DNA of 64,000 nucleotides, taken from assembly GCA_014874355.1 (NCBI GenBank), contig JACWAJ010000028.1, forward strand, positions 489 to 64,488. The letters are read 5' to 3'. Shown piece after piece: positions 41,074 through 50,031 of this stretch. The translations under genes were made by a program, and so were the position numbers. The DNA comes from a bacterium. GTDB taxonomy: Bacteria > Chloroflexota > Dormibacteria > Aeolococcales > Aeolococcaceae. The notes under the pieces were generated by a model that was not told the origin of the DNA, searched no databases, and saw only the letters and a program-made list of their open reading frames with translations. Positions within the stretch are counted from its first letter, which is position 1; every line of letters begins with the position of its first letter.

Positions 41074-41911
41074 CCTTCACATTGTAAGCCGCCGGCCGGC
41101 GGTCCCCGAGCAGGTGGTTGCGAGGCGTCCGGCGCCGTGCCCGCTCGACTCCTTCGAGGTCGACATCGGCGACTAGCAGGACTTCGTCGGCCTTGCCGGC
41201 AGGTCCGGCAAGCGGCCAGCCATCCGCCCCGACGATGACCGACGCCCCCAGGAAGGCGACGCCGCGTTCCACTCCGACACGATCCGCGCAGGCCATGACG
41301 ACACCGTTTTGCGCGGCGGCGGCGGCGACGACGTAATCCCCCTGGCACCAACCCCGCTCGTCGTAGACCGTCGGCTTGAAACTGTCGACCCAATTGGTCG
41401 GCACCGCGATAACTTCGGCACCGGCCAATGCCAGCGCCCGAGCCGGCTCGGAAAACCACAAGTCGTAGCAGATGATGATGCCCAGCCGGCCCCAGGGCAA
41501 GTCGACTACGACAAGACCCTCACCAGAGGTGAACCAGTTCAACTCGTTGTGGAAGAGGTGGAGCTTGCGATACATTGCCACCTGGCCCGAAGGCCCCACG
41601 AGTACCGCACTGTTGTACCGGCACGATTTGGCATGTTCGTTGAAGCCGCTGACGATGTGACAGTCGCCGTTGCGGGCTACGCCGGTCAGCGCCGTGATGT
41701 ACGCACTGGCATCGAAAGGTTCGGCAGTCGCCTCGGCCTCATCCTCGGACTCGAACACATAGCCGCTTTGGGCCAGTTCCGGCAGCACGATGAGTTGCGC
41801 CCCGGCCTCGACGCCGCGCTCAGCCCAAGCCACGGCCAGATCACGATTGCCGGCCACATCGCCAACATTCGGCTGGTACTGGGCAACGGCAATACGCAAC
41901 GGGCGGGACAT
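41054..41911 (-). CDS. carbon-nitrogen hydrolase (nitrilase superfamily) amidohydrolase
   Basis: Nit/CN-hydrolase pattern: E (LPEL), K, C (IICYDLWF). Confidence 0.8.
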   Translation of the reverse strand: MSRPLRIAVAQYQPNVGDVAGNRDLAVAWAERGVEAGAQLIVLPELAQSGYVFESEDEAEATAEPFDASAYITALTGVARNGDCHIVSGFNEHAKSCRYNSAVLVGPSGQVAMYRKLHLFHNELNWFTSGEGLVVVDLPWGRLGIIICYDLWFSEPARALALAGAEVIAVPTNWVDSFKPTVYDERGWCQGDYVVAAAAAQNGVVMACADRVGVERGVAFLGASVIVGADGWPLAGPAGKADEVLLVADVDLEGVERARRRTPRNHLLGDRRPAAYNVKVVPAAP

Positions 41912-42033
41912 CATTTCCACCGTAGCAGGCTCGAACTCAGCCCTGTTTCCGGGCGTCGGTTTTTAGGCCACAGAAAAAGCGCGGTACGCTACACATAACG
42001 CACCGCGCTTCCCGGCTTTACGCCCAGTTCGGA

Positions 42034-42336
42034 TTAGTTGCTGGCAACGACGGCCAGGATGTCCTTCTCCGCCAGGATGAGGTACTCGACGTCGTCGATC
42101 TTGACTTCGCTGCCTGCGTACTTCGCGTACATGACGCGATCGCCAACCTTGACATCAAGCTCGATGCGACTGCCAGTGCGCTCGTTGTAACGACCGCTAC
42201 CCACAGCCTCGATAACGCCCTCCTGGGGCTTCTCTTTGATGGTGTCAGGCAGGACGATGCCGCTCTTGGTCGTCTCCTCACGATCAACAGGCTTGACAAC
42301 GACACGATCGGCTAGCGGACGCAACTTAAGGGCCAC
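42034..42336 (-). CDS. groES: co-chaperonin GroES
   Basis: LKLRPLADRVVVKP...KSGIVLPD...EGVIEAVG; GTG start preceded by GGAGG. Confidence 0.9.
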   Translation of the reverse strand: MALKLRPLADRVVVKPVDREETTKSGIVLPDTIKEKPQEGVIEAVGSGRYNERTGSRIELDVKVGDRVMYAKYAGSEVKIDDVEYLILAEKDILAVVASN

Positions 42337-42457
42337 GGAAAGACCTCCAAAACAAGGGGACGGCAATGAGCCGGCTTAGCACTTGAACCACAAGAGTGCC
42401 AACACTCTACCCCACTGATCGCCAGAATCGCAAGCTGAGTTCAGATCAGCGCGGGGA

Positions 42458-42709
42458 CTACCTCCGCTCGTGCTCCACGGCCGCAGCGCGCAGTCGCAAC
42501 AATGTTTCGCCGGCTTCGTGGAGCGCCACCTCGTCATGGGCGTCGACCGGCCTAAGTTCGCGAAGCTCGTCGAGTGCCTCCTCGATGTCGCCGAGCCAGG
42601 GGGGGGCCTCAGCACGCTCGACAGGCAGCAACCGGCCCGCCAGCCTGCGCGCGATGGTGGCGACTTCGCTCACCGGCTCATACCTCTCAGCATGTCGCCA
42701 CCTTGCCAC
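42458..42709 (-). CDS. hypothetical protein
   Basis: 83-aa ORF inserted between tsaD and groES. Confidence 0.3.
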   Translation of the reverse strand: MARWRHAERYEPVSEVATIARRLAGRLLPVERAEAPPWLGDIEEALDELRELRPVDAHDEVALHEAGETLLRLRAAAVEHERR

Positions 42710-42745
42710 ATGCGGCTCAACTTGGGGAGTTAGGACGCAGGCCCT

Positions 42746-43816
42746 TCAGCCCTCAGCCCCACCCATGGACTCGAGGAGGGACCATGCCGTCTGCAGTTGG
42801 TCCAGATTGGCACTCAGTCCGGCCTCACTGGCACGACCGGCGCTCCCAATCGCGTTGGCAAACTTGCTGATGTCGATGAACGGGCCCGGCCCCGCCTTGA
42901 CCCGACGTGCGGCGCTGCGAATGTCACGAGTGATGATCCCCGACCAGTACGCTCCCGCCGCCTCGTCCTGCTCGAAGCCAACCGTACCCTCGTGCCCCGA
43001 CGCCCAATCGCCGGTGACACCGGCAAAGCCGTCCGCAAGCGCCTTGTGCAGTTCGACCCATGAAACCAGGCCCTGGGGGAGATCGGCCGCGAACTCGGGA
43101 AGTCCCCCGTAGCTGCGCGCCAGGTTCCATACCGCCAGTTCACCACTGCCAAGACGCGGCAGCGCGAGCAGTTCAGATGCGGTGCCACTCCCCGACCCTG
43201 CGCCTATGTCCTTGGCGACCGCCGTAACCGCGTCGGCCTGAGCAACGTAGTGCCGCTGCAAGGGCTCCACGTCCGCCAACCGCGGATCGCGTTCTATCAG
43301 ACCCATCTCGCCGGCGAACTGGTCGACCACCTGCCACGCCACCGCCTCGGCCACACCATTGACCACGGTGTGGGCACCCGGAAACTGCCACAGCGACGCC
43401 CACTCGGCACGCATCAGCTGCTCATCCGACGGGCCAATGCCCCGCAACACGGTCGCCGTGAGCACAACCAGGTCCGACTTGACCAAGCCAAGTTGCCAGT
43501 GCTCCGCGACCTCATTGGGACTGATCCTGCGCACGCGTTTGGCCGTCCTCTCGAAGAAACTGCCAACGCGCTCACCCATGGCCGGGTGCATGACGGCCAG
43601 CCGCGTCTTCGGGGAGAAGAACCCCTGCACATGTGGGCAGGTTCCCAGCAGGTCCTGTCCGCCGTCCACGACATCGCGGACGTAGCTGGTCCCCCCCACG
43701 ATCCGAGCGATCGCGCCCGGAGCCTGGCGGTACAGGTCGTAAACGTTGTCAGGCCGAGTCACGAAAGTTTCTGCCCCCTGAGGACTCCATTGTCGCAGCG
43801 TTGCCGATCTGGTCAT
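42746..43816 (-). CDS. hypothetical protein (possible SAM-methyltransferase-like glycine motif DIGAGSGSG)
   Basis: 356-aa ORF with good coding composition, inserted in the conserved tsaD-groES junction. Confidence 0.45.
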   Translation of the reverse strand: MTRSATLRQWSPQGAETFVTRPDNVYDLYRQAPGAIARIVGGTSYVRDVVDGGQDLLGTCPHVQGFFSPKTRLAVMHPAMGERVGSFFERTAKRVRRISPNEVAEHWQLGLVKSDLVVLTATVLRGIGPSDEQLMRAEWASLWQFPGAHTVVNGVAEAVAWQVVDQFAGEMGLIERDPRLADVEPLQRHYVAQADAVTAVAKDIGAGSGSGTASELLALPRLGSGELAVWNLARSYGGLPEFAADLPQGLVSWVELHKALADGFAGVTGDWASGHEGTVGFEQDEAAGAYWSGIITRDIRSAARRVKAGPGPFIDISKFANAIGSAGRASEAGLSANLDQLQTAWSLLESMGGAEG

Positions 43817-43840
43817 ATTGGGAACAAAGCCTGCTTGAGT

Positions 43841-44860
43841 TTAGGCAAATAAGGCCAGAGCCGGGTCGGCGTCGAACGAAACCATGTCGGGACCGTGCGT
43901 TTTTAGTCGATGCCAGCCTGCGGCGCCGATCATGGCGGCGTTGTCGCCGCACAGATGCAGCGGAGGCACGACGACCCGCAGCCCAGAAAGCCGCTGCCGC
44001 ACCGCAGTGCGTAGCGCAGTGTTAGCGGCGACACCGCCTACTACAACGACCTGCTCCGCACCGGTGCGGTCAGCAGCCGCGCCCAGCCCCTCGGCAAGCT
44101 GCTCTACCGCCGCCACCTGGAATGACGCGGCAATGGCAGCGATGACGGCCGGGTCCCTGGGAATCCCGGCATCATCCAACTCAGCCGTACCGAGGTCGCG
44201 GACGACGTAACGCACTGCGGTCTTGAGGCCGCTGAAAGAGAAGGCCCCCTCCAGCCGCGTTACCGGCAGAGGAAACCGCGCCGCATCACCCGCTCCGGCC
44301 ACCCGTTCGATTACCGGACCCCCGGGATACGCCAGTCCGAGCATCCTTGCCGCCTTGTCGAAGGCTTCTCCAACCGCGTCGTCGCGTGTCGACGCCAGGC
44401 GGATCGCTGTGCCATGATCTCGCAGTTCCACGCAGTCGGTGTGCCCACCGCTGACGAGCAACGCCAGGAACGGCGGCTCGAGTTCCAAGTCGGCCAGCCA
44501 TGCCGAGTAGACGTGACCCGCCAGATGCGAAACCCCGACTACGGGAAGGCGCCGCGCCGCAGCAGCAGCCTGGGCATAGGCGGTACCGATGAGCAGGCAG
44601 CCCGCCAAACCCGGCCCCCGGGTTACCGCGATGGCGTCGATGGCGTTCCAGCCACCATCAATTCCGCACAGTGCGGCATCGACAGTGGTGCCCAGCACTT
44701 CGAGGTGGGCGCGAGCGGCCAGCTCGGGTACGACCCCCCCATACCCGGTGTGAAGGTCTATCTGCGATGCCACCACAGAGCTGAGCACCTCGCGTCCATC
44801 TCGAACCACGGCGGCAGCGGTCTCGTCGCATGAGGTCTCGATGGCTAGAAGCGTGGTCAT
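43841..44860 (-). CDS. tsaD: tRNA N6-adenosine threonylcarbamoyltransferase
   Basis: LAIETSCDETAAAV...GPGLAGCLLIG..., HLAGH. Confidence 0.9.
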   Translation of the reverse strand: MTTLLAIETSCDETAAAVVRDGREVLSSVVASQIDLHTGYGGVVPELAARAHLEVLGTTVDAALCGIDGGWNAIDAIAVTRGPGLAGCLLIGTAYAQAAAAARRLPVVGVSHLAGHVYSAWLADLELEPPFLALLVSGGHTDCVELRDHGTAIRLASTRDDAVGEAFDKAARMLGLAYPGGPVIERVAGAGDAARFPLPVTRLEGAFSFSGLKTAVRYVVRDLGTAELDDAGIPRDPAVIAAIAASFQVAAVEQLAEGLGAAADRTGAEQVVVVGGVAANTALRTAVRQRLSGLRVVVPPLHLCGDNAAMIGAAGWHRLKTHGPDMVSFDADPALALFA

Positions 44861-45414
44861 CGGCCGGCCGGCTTTCCATACGCCGCCGCCAAATCAAGGC
44901 CCGCCGCATCGATCCCCTCAAGTCGACGCATCAGGTTGCGTTCAAAGCGTTGGGAGTACAGCGAATCACTCCACATCACGATGGCGTCCTCACCGTTGTC
45001 CGTGTAATAGCCAAGCCGCCGGCCGATTGCCTTGAAACCAAAGGACTCATATAGACCGATGGCATGAAGATTGCCGCTGCGCACCTCGAGCGTCAACCAA
45101 TGGGTCTTCAGTTCGAGGGCCCGCACCACCAACGCACCCAGTAGCACCTTGCCATAACCGTTGCCCTGATCCTCAGCCCGCACCCCGATTGTGGTGACGT
45201 GGGCTTCGCTGCCCAACTTCCATAGGCCTGCGTACCCCACCAGATCGCCGTCACGCCGGAGCACGATGTAGGAGGCGTGGGGATTGTGCGAAAGCTCGGT
45301 CGCGTAGGCATTCTTGGGCCACGGCGATACAAACACCTGGCGTTCGATCGCCTGTACAGTGGCGATGTCCGCGTGGCTCATCGGCTCCAATGCCAGCCGC
45401 GTTATAACCTGCAT
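44857..45414 (-). CDS. rimI: ribosomal-protein-alanine N-acetyltransferase (GNAT)
   Basis: GNAT motifs (RRLGIG-like QGNGYGKVLL); it sits between tsaB and tsaD, as conserved. Confidence 0.75.
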   Translation of the reverse strand: MQVITRLALEPMSHADIATVQAIERQVFVSPWPKNAYATELSHNPHASYIVLRRDGDLVGYAGLWKLGSEAHVTTIGVRAEDQGNGYGKVLLGALVVRALELKTHWLTLEVRSGNLHAIGLYESFGFKAIGRRLGYYTDNGEDAIVMWSDSLYSQRFERNLMRRLEGIDAAGLDLAAAYGKPAGR

Positions 45415-45450
45415 CTTTTGCCCATGATACCCGGGCAACCCTTATGGAAC

Positions 45451-46062
45451 TCAACCAGTAAGGGTAAACCGTGGCCGGGCAACGTATTCCGCGGTAAGTT
45501 CTGCGGTGTCGAGTGGCCGGCCCAACACCGCGCTCGCAGCCGCGGCGGCCAGCGCCAGAATCGCATCCGCGACCAGGATGCCGTCACCCGAAACGGCCAC
45601 ATCGGTGCTGACAACAGCATCGACATCGCCGCCATTCAACGCGTTGAGTTCGATACGCCGAGCGTCGGTTTCACGACGGATGTGAACTCCCGGAACGCGG
45701 ACGAAGCCGGCCACGAAAATCCCCCCGCGCGAAGCATCGCTAACCGCACGAATCCGTTGTGCCGTCAGGGGCGCGCCGTGGGCAACGATGTCGAGGCTGC
45801 CGATGCCGTAAAGCGGCAAACCGCGTGCGTGAGCGACTCCCAACGCAGCCGCCATGCCGGTGCGCACGCCCGTGTACGAACCCGGCCCGGTCGCCACCAC
45901 CACAGCGTCAAGTTCATCACTCAGCAGGCGCTGCAGCGCCGTCCCCAACGCCGGCGCCACCGCCACGTCATCAAGGCACACAGAGTCAGCGGCCACCCCA
46001 TCACGACCGGCAATCGCGACGACCACACGTCGACGCAGTGAGGTGTCAATGGCGAGGATCAT
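45451..46062 (-). CDS. tsaB: tRNA threonylcarbamoyladenosine biosynthesis protein TsaB
   Basis: ILAIDTS...VATGPGSYTGVR. Confidence 0.8.
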   Translation of the reverse strand: MILAIDTSLRRRVVVAIAGRDGVAADSVCLDDVAVAPALGTALQRLLSDELDAVVVATGPGSYTGVRTGMAAALGVAHARGLPLYGIGSLDIVAHGAPLTAQRIRAVSDASRGGIFVAGFVRVPGVHIRRETDARRIELNALNGGDVDAVVSTDVAVSGDGILVADAILALAAAAASAVLGRPLDTAELTAEYVARPRFTLTG

Positions 46063-46538
46063 GGAATCTCATCCCAGACGCCAAGCAGGTGGGTGGCGAC
46101 ACCAACGTCGAGCTGGACAAAACGCCAGTTGTCTTTAGCGATACCGATACGAACCTTGACTGGATGCCAGGCGCAGAGGTCGACGTGGTCAGACCACTCC
46201 ACCGCAACCGCGGCGCCAGCTACGAGTTCGTCGAGATCGAGGAACTCTATGTCGGCGCCATCGCCGAGCCGGTAGCAATCGATGTGATGGAGAGTGAGCC
46301 GGGACGCGCGATAGACGTGGTGCAAGACGAATGTAGGGCTGCGGACTTCATCTGTCGCAAAACCCAGTCCCGACGCAAGACCTCGAACAAAGCACGTTTT
46401 GCCGGCGCCAAATTCACCGCTCAGCGCAACCACGTCACCGGCACGCAACCGCGCGCCGAGCAGTGCCCCCAACGTCTCGGTGGCCAATGCATCGCGAGTG
46501 CAACGAAGCACAACTGCCGTCTCCATTTTTCCCATCAT
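46059..46538 (-). CDS. tsaE: tRNA threonylcarbamoyladenosine biosynthesis ATPase TsaE
   Basis: LSGEFGAGKTCFVRG, SPTFVL. Confidence 0.8.
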   Translation of the reverse strand: MMGKMETAVVLRCTRDALATETLGALLGARLRAGDVVALSGEFGAGKTCFVRGLASGLGFATDEVRSPTFVLHHVYRASRLTLHHIDCYRLGDGADIEFLDLDELVAGAAVAVEWSDHVDLCAWHPVKVRIGIAKDNWRFVQLDVGVATHLLGVWDEIP

Positions 46539-47593
46539 CCAAAGTGGAATGATCGCGGAATTGGCACGGCAATTTCCCGAGCACCTTGTCGGGCTCGGCA
46601 GACGACACCGGAGCCCGCATACAGCCGGCCTACTGGTGACAGCGGCTCCAGATCAGCCGGCCAGGCGGCGACCAGGGCCTCAAATTGGTCCGGGGCAACC
46701 GCGGCGAGAAGCTCAAAGTCCTCCCCTCCGGCAACGGCCAATTCGAACCAGTCGGGCCAAGTCTTCAACGCGGCATCGACTGGCACGGCATCACGCCACA
46801 ACTCGGCGGCACAACCGGACGCCCTGGCAATGTTGATGGCGGCTACAAGTAGGCCGTCACTGATATCCGTGGCACAGGCAACGCCCCGTGCCGCCAGTTC
46901 CAATCCTTCGGCGAGTCGCGCCCGAGGCGCCAGCTGGGCAACTCCCCACGCTGCCGTCACCGCCGGATCGGTGTCGCCGGCGGTGCGCCCGCGCAGCAAC
47001 GCCAGACCCGCTGCCGCCCGCCCGAGCAGACCGGATACGACAAGACAGTCGCCGGGTTGGCCCAAGGCAACCCCGAGATGCCTTCCCTTTCCAACCCTGC
47101 CGACGACAGCAACATCTATCACCAGCGACCCTTCGATGCCGCTGACATCGCCCCCGGCCACCCCACAACCGATCTCGGCGGCCGCGTCACACAGGCCTGC
47201 TTGGATGGCAAGCGCATCGGCGGCACGGGTAGTCCCCGGGGCGCACAACGTGGCCAGGCAAAACTCTGGAGACGCACCACTGCCCGCAAGGTCGGAAAGC
47301 GCCACATGCAAAGCACGCCGGCCGAGCCCGTACGGGGAAATCCAGTCGCGCGAGAAGTCCTGGCCCTCCACCATGGCGTCCTGGCTAACAACCATGTCGA
47401 GGCCAGCCTCGGGGCGGTATACGGCCGCATCGTCGCCGCTGCCAACCACCAGACGTGGTTGAGGGACCGCCCGGGCCAGTGCCGCAAGCCGGCTCAGAAG
47501 TTCCGCTTCTCCAACGCTTTGCAGTGTCGGCCCGGCATCGTCAAAGCGACGGGTGACGAGGTCGTCAAGGTGGAGTTCCAATTCCGTAACCAC
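46535..47593 (-). CDS. thiL: thiamine-monophosphate kinase
   Basis: AIR-synthase-related fold, GDDAAV motif. Confidence 0.75.
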   Translation of the reverse strand: MVTELELHLDDLVTRRFDDAGPTLQSVGEAELLSRLAALARAVPQPRLVVGSGDDAAVYRPEAGLDMVVSQDAMVEGQDFSRDWISPYGLGRRALHVALSDLAGSGASPEFCLATLCAPGTTRAADALAIQAGLCDAAAEIGCGVAGGDVSGIEGSLVIDVAVVGRVGKGRHLGVALGQPGDCLVVSGLLGRAAAGLALLRGRTAGDTDPAVTAAWGVAQLAPRARLAEGLELAARGVACATDISDGLLVAAINIARASGCAAELWRDAVPVDAALKTWPDWFELAVAGGEDFELLAAVAPDQFEALVAAWPADLEPLSPVGRLYAGSGVVCRARQGAREIAVPIPRSFHFG

Positions 47594-47756
47594 ACTGCGA
47601 CTCTAAGCCTGGGGCTACCGTAAACACCGCTTCGATTTGCTTTTTGGCCCTCCAGAGGAGTACCCTCCGCGGAGCGTTTGAAATCTATCAACTCCTGGAT
47701 CTGATCCTCTCCTAGGGTCTACATATTGGGTTCGGGAATAGAACGGGGGGCAGATA
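47594..47756 (+). promoter_or_regulatory. long 163-nt leader; candidate cis-regulatory RNA upstream of the CHAP hydrolase gene
   Basis: An unusually long intergenic region with lower GC. It contains GAACGGGGGG and CCTGGGGCTACCG, resembling the conserved ACGGGG/GGGGA cores of ydaO-type elements. This was not verified. Confidence 0.3.
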
Positions 47757-48836
47757 TTGCGGCCTGACCGCAAAATTCTCGCCGGACTTCTGGTCGTCGC
47801 CAGTCTTTTCACCGCCTCAGTCGGGTCGATCCCGGCATCGCAGGCGGCGGTGTCGCAACAGCAGCAGGATGACCTGCGCGCGCGCCGAGCAGAGCTCTTC
47901 GCGCAGCTCCAAACACTGCTTGCCTCAGAGAGAGGCTCTGCCACCAATCTGGCCGCATCTGAAGGCCAGTACCTCGACGCACAGACAGCTCTCACCTCGG
48001 TGCGCACCGACTTGAACGATGCCAACCAACGCCTGGAGCAGCTGCAGCAGCAGATCTCGGCCGAGCAGAAGCGCGATCTCGATGCACAACGCCAGCTTGC
48101 CATCCTCGTCCGAGCAACCTACGAATCCGCGGGCGACCGCAGCCTGCTGGCCAACATGCTCTCATCACATGACTTCGGCGAAGCGATGGCCCGCGCCAAG
48201 AGCGCTGACAGCTTCCAGAATCAAGTGGTTCAACTCCAGGCACAACTGACTGCCGACCAGACGGCTCTCGCCAAGCAGAGGGCCGAACTTCAGACCAAGT
48301 TCGCGCAAGCATCCACATTGGAGAGGCAGCTCTCCGACCAGAGCAACCGCTTCCTGGCCGCGGTGCAAACCCGCAACATGAGTCTCGCCAATGCCAGCGC
48401 TCCCGTGCGCGCTTTGGAAGCTCAGATAGCGGATATCGACAACCAACTGGCAGGCGACAACCTCCCCACAGTCAACGGTAGAAGTTCCTGTGGCAACCAG
48501 TTCGCCTACGGCCAGTGCACCTGGTACGTCGCCACCCGACGCTGCATCCCTTGGAGTGGCAACGCCAACCAATGGTTCTCCAACGCCGCCGCGATGGGCT
48601 ACCTGGAAGGGCACCGTCCAGCAGTCGGCGCAGTGGTCGCCTTCTGGCCCGGCGGTGACGGAGCCGGCTCGGTCGGCCATGTCGGCTATGTCGAGCAGGT
48701 CGGCCCCGACGGAGGCGTTCCGCCCGGCTACTTCAGATTGTCGGAGATGAACTATGGCGGTTGGGGTTTTGTCAACTACCGCGTGCTGCCCAACAACTCC
48801 GCCGGCATCCAGGGATTCATCTACGGCCATAGCTGA
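47757..48836 (+). CDS. secreted coiled-coil / CHAP-domain peptidoglycan hydrolase
   Basis: Signal peptide; long Q/L-rich coiled coil; C-terminal CHAP (GQCTWYV...HVGYV). Confidence 0.75.
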   Translation: MRPDRKILAGLLVVASLFTASVGSIPASQAAVSQQQQDDLRARRAELFAQLQTLLASERGSATNLAASEGQYLDAQTALTSVRTDLNDANQRLEQLQQQISAEQKRDLDAQRQLAILVRATYESAGDRSLLANMLSSHDFGEAMARAKSADSFQNQVVQLQAQLTADQTALAKQRAELQTKFAQASTLERQLSDQSNRFLAAVQTRNMSLANASAPVRALEAQIADIDNQLAGDNLPTVNGRSSCGNQFAYGQCTWYVATRRCIPWSGNANQWFSNAAAMGYLEGHRPAVGAVVAFWPGGDGAGSVGHVGYVEQVGPDGGVPPGYFRLSEMNYGGWGFVNYRVLPNNSAGIQGFIYGHS

Positions 48837-48852
48837 CCTCTGGCAGCCTGTC

Positions 48853-50031
48853 TCAGGCGTCGAGGACGAGCCGGGGCACCCGCGCTGAGATTGCGGTCAG
48901 CACCTCGTAACTGATGGTGTCGATCGCCGTCGCAACCGTGTCGGCACCCAGGACGGCGTCGCCGTCACGACCCACGATGAGAACCGGGTCACCAACGTCA
49001 AGGCCCTCCAGCGCCGAAACGTCAACCGACAGTTGATCCATGCTGACCCGTCCGATGATGGGACAGCGCACACCGCTCACCAGCACAGCGCCGCGATTGC
49101 CCTGGGCCCGCGCTATGCCGTCGGCATAGCCGGCCGCCACCGTGGCGACGCGCCTGGCGCCGGCCGCCATCCATTCACGGCCGTAACCGACGGTGTCTCC
49201 CGCAACCACCGTCTTGAGGTGGCTGATGCGAGCGAACATGCTGAGCGCGGGGCGCAGTCCGAGCACATTCTCCCCGGGAACCGGCGAATAGCCGTAGACC
49301 GATAGCCCGGGACGGACCATGTCGTAGTGTGTATCGACAAACTCCAGCAATGCCGCGCTGTTGGCCGCATGCGCCTGTGCGTCGGGAAACGCAGAGCGCA
49401 GAGCCGGCAACAGCGAGTTGAAACGCTGGTTCTGCATCTGAGTGAAGTCGCGGTCAGTATCTGCGACCGCAAAGTGTGTAAAGAAGCCAGTGACCTCGAT
49501 CCAGGTTCGCGCATCATCGACCGCGTCCAGCAGAGCACCGAGTTCTTCGGGCCGGACGCCGAACCGGCCCATCCCGGTATCCAGCTTGAGCTGCACCCGC
49601 CCCCGTTTCCCTGAGATTGCGGCTGCAGCAGCTGCAGCACGCACTGCGTCGACGCTGGCGACCGTGACGTCCACGGCGGCATCGAACAGTGCTGGGAGTG
49701 CAGGCGGTGGTGTCCAGCCCACAACCAGGATCGGCGTCTCAATCCCAGCTGCGCGAAGCTGGAGAGCTTCGTCAGCAGCGGAAACGCCCAGCCACGAGGC
49801 ACCTCCCTCGAGCGCAGCACGCGCGGTCAGCACTGCGCCATGCCCGTATCCGTTGCCTTTGACCATGGCCATGATCGCCACTTTCGGACCCACGAGACGC
49901 TTCAGGGCCACGACATTGTCGCGCAGCGCCACGGGATCGACCTCGACCCACTTGGCCAGGCTCTCGCCTGGCAGCGATCTCGGCCACGCCGCCAGTTCCG
50001 TAGCTTGCTGACCGTGTCGCATGGCAGTCAT
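48853..50031 (-). CDS. alr: alanine racemase
   Basis: PLP-Lys motif AMVKGNGYGHG; C-terminal SMDQ. Confidence 0.9.
   Translation of the reverse strand: MTAMRHGQQATELAAWPRSLPGESLAKWVEVDPVALRDNVVALKRLVGPKVAIMAMVKGNGYGHGAVLTARAALEGGASWLGVSAADEALQLRAAGIETPILVVGWTPPPALPALFDAAVDVTVASVDAVRAAAAAAAISGKRGRVQLKLDTGMGRFGVRPEELGALLDAVDDARTWIEVTGFFTHFAVADTDRDFTQMQNQRFNSLLPALRSAFPDAQAHAANSAALLEFVDTHYDMVRPGLSVYGYSPVPGENVLGLRPALSMFARISHLKTVVAGDTVGYGREWMAAGARRVATVAAGYADGIARAQGNRGAVLVSGVRCPIIGRVSMDQLSVDVSALEGLDVGDPVLIVGRDGDAVLGADTVATAIDTISYEVLTAISARVPRLVLDA

Noticed and set aside
45759-47462. 567-aa plus-strand ORF opposite tsaB/tsaE/thiL. Similar long antisense ORFs at 295..1353, 5507..6364, 10595..11548, 16185..17351, 33128..33895 and 50151..51563.
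   Set aside because: Composition is Arg/Pro/Ala-rich and low-complexity, with no motifs. Each lies fully antisense to a well-supported gene. These are typical stop-codon-poor shadow frames in high-GC DNA.
48845-48856. 12-mer AGCCTGTCTCAG shared between the alr 3' end and the pepF 3' end (61609-61620)
   Set aside because: A 12-mer match is expected by chance many times. Both copies are coding or stop-overlapping with different functions.
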